Source: Candidatus Latescibacterota bacterium
GTDB lineage: Bacteria; Latescibacterota; UBA2968
NCBI GenBank assembly: GCA_965198115.1
Contig: OZ240241.1
Span: 6,144,001 to 6,208,000, forward strand
Reading direction: 5' to 3'
Length of the DNA stretch: 64,000 bases
The notes under the pieces are model-generated. The model was not told where the DNA came from and made no database searches. It saw nothing but the letters and a program-made list of their open reading frames with translations. Numbering within the stretch: the stretch's first letter is position 1; the number at the start of each line of letters is the position of its first letter. This document shows, piece after piece, positions 62,719 to 64,000 of the stretch. The translations under genes and the position numbers were made by a program.

Positions 62719-63015
62719 TTACCCGGACCCCTCGATAGCATCTATTCTTTGGATGAGCGTCTCGAAGTTGGCCTCCAGCGCAGCAAGGCTTGCCTCCAGC
62801 AACTCCGTGTTGGCCTCCTGCGCAGCAAGGCTTGCCTTCAGCGTCTCGACGCTTGCCTCCAACGCACCAACGCGCTCCGCAAGGCCGCCGGGCTCCCACC
62901 CGTCTAAACGCATTAGGTGGTCTATTTTTCGGACTGTTTCTTCTGTCGTTGTGGAATCGCTGGGGCGGGCAAGTATGAGCCTAAGTCTCTCTATTTCCGG
63001 CTTGAAATCTGCCAT
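62719..63015 (-). CDS. Small coiled-coil protein with heptad repeats
   Basis: GGAGG RBS; LEASVET LKASLAA QEANTEL LEASLAA LEANFET. Confidence 0.7.
   Translation of the reverse strand: MADFKPEIERLRLILARPSDSTTTEETVRKIDHLMRLDGWEPGGLAERVGALEASVETLKASLAAQEANTELLEASLAALEANFETLIQRIDAIEGSG
62767..62842. repeat. 42-bp-period tandem duplication encoding heptads
   Basis: GTTGGCCTCC(A/T)GCGCAGCAAGGCTTGCCT(C/T)CAGC at 62767 and 62809. Confidence 0.85.
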
Positions 63016-63129
63016 CGTGTTTCCTCCAAAGGGCGGTGGCGTTTGGGGGGGGGGAGCCTGCTGGTTACAGGTTCCCCCTCGTTTTATTCGTTTATCGTCC
63101 TCACATACTTTTCGCGGGGGTTATAAAAA

Positions 63130-63606
63130 TTGGAAGATGAAACGAAATATCCATCTGTGGACATGGCCTATGATTTGGCCGTGCAGTCTTACGATTCTCT
63201 GCACCGACGGTGGGATGCTATAAACGGTCTCTTTCACGCGCTCCTGTCCGTAGCTATAACGCTGGCTTTGGCAATGCCTATATTAGCCAGAGCCCTGAGC
63301 CTATCCCTGGGGACATATTGGGCGCTTGCCGCGCTTGGGGTATTTGTTTTGAACGTCCTGTGTTGTTTGTACGGACGGCACTCGGATTCGCTGGTAGTAA
63401 TAAATCCTAAAACGATTTACGACCGCTACCTTCATCTGTCCCATTGGGAATTTCAAAAGAACGTAACTTATTTCGCCGGAAAAGATTTTACGACGAACGT
63501 GAAAGCCGTCAAACGTAAATGGACGATATCCTTGTATGCTACTGTGCTTCTTTGTCTGGGGGTGAGTTTGGTGTTTCTTTGGATTCTTTATTCTGATCTC
63601 CGCTGA
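63130..63606 (+). CDS. Hypothetical membrane protein (3 TM), low GC
   Basis: Two N-terminal TM helices, a soluble loop ending NVKAVKRK and a C-terminal TM. Confidence 0.75.
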   Translation: MEDETKYPSVDMAYDLAVQSYDSLHRRWDAINGLFHALLSVAITLALAMPILARALSLSLGTYWALAALGVFVLNVLCCLYGRHSDSLVVINPKTIYDRYLHLSHWEFQKNVTYFAGKDFTTNVKAVKRKWTISLYATVLLCLGVSLVFLWILYSDLR

Positions 63607-63709
63607 TGTCTTTGACTGCTTGGCCAATCGCCTCTGTATCCGGTGGCGGAGTCGGAGGCGGTGTGGGTTGTTCATTCGGTTTTTCGTCGTTGTCTTTTTC
63701 GTCAGCCAT
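63539..63709 (-). CDS. Small acidic Pro-rich peptide (56 aa)
   Basis: MADEKDNDEKPNEQPTPPPTPPPDTEAIG...EAQ*; purine-rich RBS-like sequence upstream; below the ORF-track cutoff. Confidence 0.5.
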   Translation of the reverse strand: MADEKDNDEKPNEQPTPPPTPPPDTEAIGQAVKDISGDQNKESKETPNSPPDKEAQ

Positions 63710-63742
63710 GTGTGCAGCCCCTTTACCTGATACGTTAGTCAG

Positions 63743-63919
63743 TTATACATCTTTATTTCCTTCTTCCTCGTTCTGATACGTCCACTCTGGCGGCTCTGTA
63801 GTCATCAAGATACGGGCGATGTTCTCTGGGGTGTCTGGTATGGGGTCCGGCATTTTATTCTTAACAGGGCGCCCTGGGCGCTTCTTGGGCGGCTTGGAAT
63901 TGTTCTGTTCTTGATTCAT
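63743..63919 (-). CDS. Small protein with a KRPGRP...PIPDTPENIAR motif
   Basis: GGGAGG RBS before ATG 63919; AT-hook-like GRP core. Confidence 0.7.
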   Translation of the reverse strand: MNQEQNNSKPPKKRPGRPVKNKMPDPIPDTPENIARILMTTEPPEWTYQNEEEGNKDV

Positions 63920-64000
63920 AGCCTCCCCTTTTTTCGGTAGCACTTTACAGGATACCTTCTGCCTTCAATTTGGAGGAGAATGCGTGGATGCGGACTTACC

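Larger units (their letters stand above)
62599..64000 (-). mobile_element. Putative end and cargo of an IS1595-family (ISNwi1-group-like) element; transposase would lie outside the window
   Basis: GGGAATTACATACGTGAGT resembles the ggnnatTAT end; preceded by AT-rich TTTTTTAT; lower-GC small ORFs follow. Confidence 0.45.

Noticed and set aside
62513-62899. Cys-rich N-terminal extension of the IS1380 transposase ORF (GKPCCAGGQ repeats)
   Set aside because: It is an alternative frame of the coiled-coil gene's 42-bp repeat plus non-coding IS sequence; GTG 62512 has an RBS and matches normal IS1380 starts.
1-64000. CRISPR array, tRNA or rRNA genes
   Set aside because: By eye I found no regularly spaced 23-47-bp repeats with unique spacers and no cloverleaf or rRNA signature; a cmscan or tRNAscan-SE run would be definitive.

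Overview
A GC-rich bacterial chromosomal window with no rRNA, tRNA or CRISPR array that I can see. The gene repertoire (PhyH dioxygenases, PQQ-like propeller, UxuA-like dehydratase, ankyrin proteins, EF-hand/dockerin-like DFDxD..VGFSDF tail, TonB-dependent receptor) suggests an FCB-group lineage such as Ca. Latescibacterota; this is inference only. Intact housekeeping or metabolic genes include ilvD (partial), mug, a GldA/F/G-like ABC operon, an AlkZ-like glycosylase, two FKBPs, pepC, an ABC exporter pair, a csp, ftcD and polA. They are interspersed with recent IS activity: three near-identical ISL3 copies (two complete 1420-bp elements with 8-bp TSDs, one truncated), one ISAzo13 whose two TTA flanks come from different loci, and one IS1380. 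The IS1380 left end appears interrupted by a putative cargo-carrying IS1595-family element that runs off the right edge. About ten accessory genes carry frameshifts or in-frame stops, reflecting either real decay or uncorrected long-read errors. The most notable items are: (1) a complete sigma54 control region (-24/-12 box, IHF site, tandem UAS) between an atypical bEBP and two paralogous secreted proteins; (2) the nested IS1380/IS1595-like cargo element; (3) a bacterial CARNMT1-like methyltransferase with a Trm112-like Zn ribbon; (4) a tandem HEAT/CPCH/Zn-finger gene pair; (5) strand-polarised 7-9-mer repeat tracts at gene junctions; (6) a terminator inside the csp leader.
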